From an uncultured delta proteobacterium (GTDB lineage: Bacteria > Desulfobacterota > Desulfobacteria > Desulfobacterales > JAFDCJ01), in the NCBI GenBank assembly GCA_963769935.1, contig CAVYNY010000018.1, positions 32,001 through 96,000 on the forward strand: a DNA stretch of 64,000 nt. The letters are read 5' to 3'. This document shows positions 63,274 through 64,000 of this stretch, piece after piece (the first letter of the stretch is position 1; each line of letters opens with the position of its first letter). Under the pieces are notes generated by a model. It made no database searches, had not been told where the DNA came from, and was given only the letters and a program-made list of their open reading frames with translations. The position numbers and the translations under genes are program-made.

Positions 63274-64000
63274 GGGATTTGTCCAATAATTCGACCAACT
63301 TCAATTTCAGCGGTTCGAGCCCTCGGTGGGTGGCAGCAGATATTTTCAAAACCGGACGGTCATGCATGGCAGCCTGAAACGCTTCTGCGGCCTGGTCGGC
63401 ACCCGGCATATCCATTTTATTTAAAACTATAATCTGGGCCTTTTCCGTCAGCAGCGGATTGTACTGCGCCAGTTCCGAATTGATGGTTGAATAAGCGGCG
63501 ATCGGATTCTGCGGATCTATAGCGGCGGCATCGATCAGATGAACCAGAATATGCGTGCGTTCAATATGGCGTAAAAAACGAATTCCCAGGCCGGCTCCTT
63601 TGTGGGCTCCTTCGATCAATCCGGGAATATCGGCAACAACAAAGGACTCTGCCTGATCGGGCTGGACGACTCCCAGAATTGGTGCAAGGGTGGTAAAGGG
63701 ATAATCAGCTATTTTAGGCGTAGCCGAAGAAATGACACTGATCAGGGTGGATTTTCCGGCGTTGGGCAAACCGATCAGTCCCACGTCGGCTAAAAGTTTG
63801 AGTTCGAGCTTGAGCTTTAGAGACTGACCCGGCTCACCGGGTTGGGCAAAACGCGGTGTGCGATGGGTGGAGGATTTAAAATGCGTATTCCCCAGCCCCC
63901 CGCGGCCGCCTTTGGCAATAACAACCGACTCGCCGGACTGGACGAAGTCTTTCAGTAGTTCATCGGTCTCCGCATTGCTGACCAGAGTTCCCGGCGGAAT
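63257..64000 (-). CDS. obgE: GTPase ObgE (5' end outside the window)
   Basis: GGRGGLGN, LELKLLADVGLIGLPNAGKST, YPFTT, DIPGLIEGA, NKMD. Confidence 0.97.
   Translation of the reverse strand: MPPGTLVSNAETDELLKDFVQSGESVVIAKGGRGGLGNTHFKSSTHRTPRFAQPGEPGQSLKLKLELKLLADVGLIGLPNAGKSTLISVISSATPKIADYPFTTLAPILGVVQPDQAESFVVADIPGLIEGAHKGAGLGIRFLRHIERTHILVHLIDAAAIDPQNPIAAYSTINSELAQYNPLLTEKAQIIVLNKMDMPGADQAAEAFQAAMHDRPVLKISAATHRGLEPLKLKLVELLDKSHGQKK

Overview
Bacterial chromosomal window; gene content and the intergenic repeat families suggest a Desulfobacterota-like organism (inference). Layout: (1) 1-5.6 kb, a co-directional candidate conflict/defence locus: TPR+SLOG-like protein, orphan ORF, TPR-patatin-TM protein, Cys/His hydrolase-like ORF. 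(2) 5.7-16.6 kb, mixed housekeeping genes, arsR-arsM and a decayed patch with cooS, sigma54-activator and thioredoxin fragments. (3) A QseE/G/F (GlrK/GlrR)-like sigma54 two-component locus next to a clear sigma54+IHF promoter. (4) An iadA-gsiABCD-like peptide ABC operon with a C26 gamma-glutamyl hydrolase. (5) About 35-50.8 kb, a minus-strand integron cassette array with many attC sites but no integrase in the window (CALIN-like). It carries four toxin-antitoxin pairs, a TIR-domain gene, a DUF4157 gene, group II intron end fragments, RAYT transposase remnants and a MITE inserted in an attC. (6) 51-58 kb, a fatty-acid hydroxylase and a mycothiol-like mshA/mshB/mshD cluster with a broken CysRS-like gene. 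(7) The conserved obgE-proB-proA-nadD-rsfS operon. All calls come from reading motifs by eye; no database searches were run.
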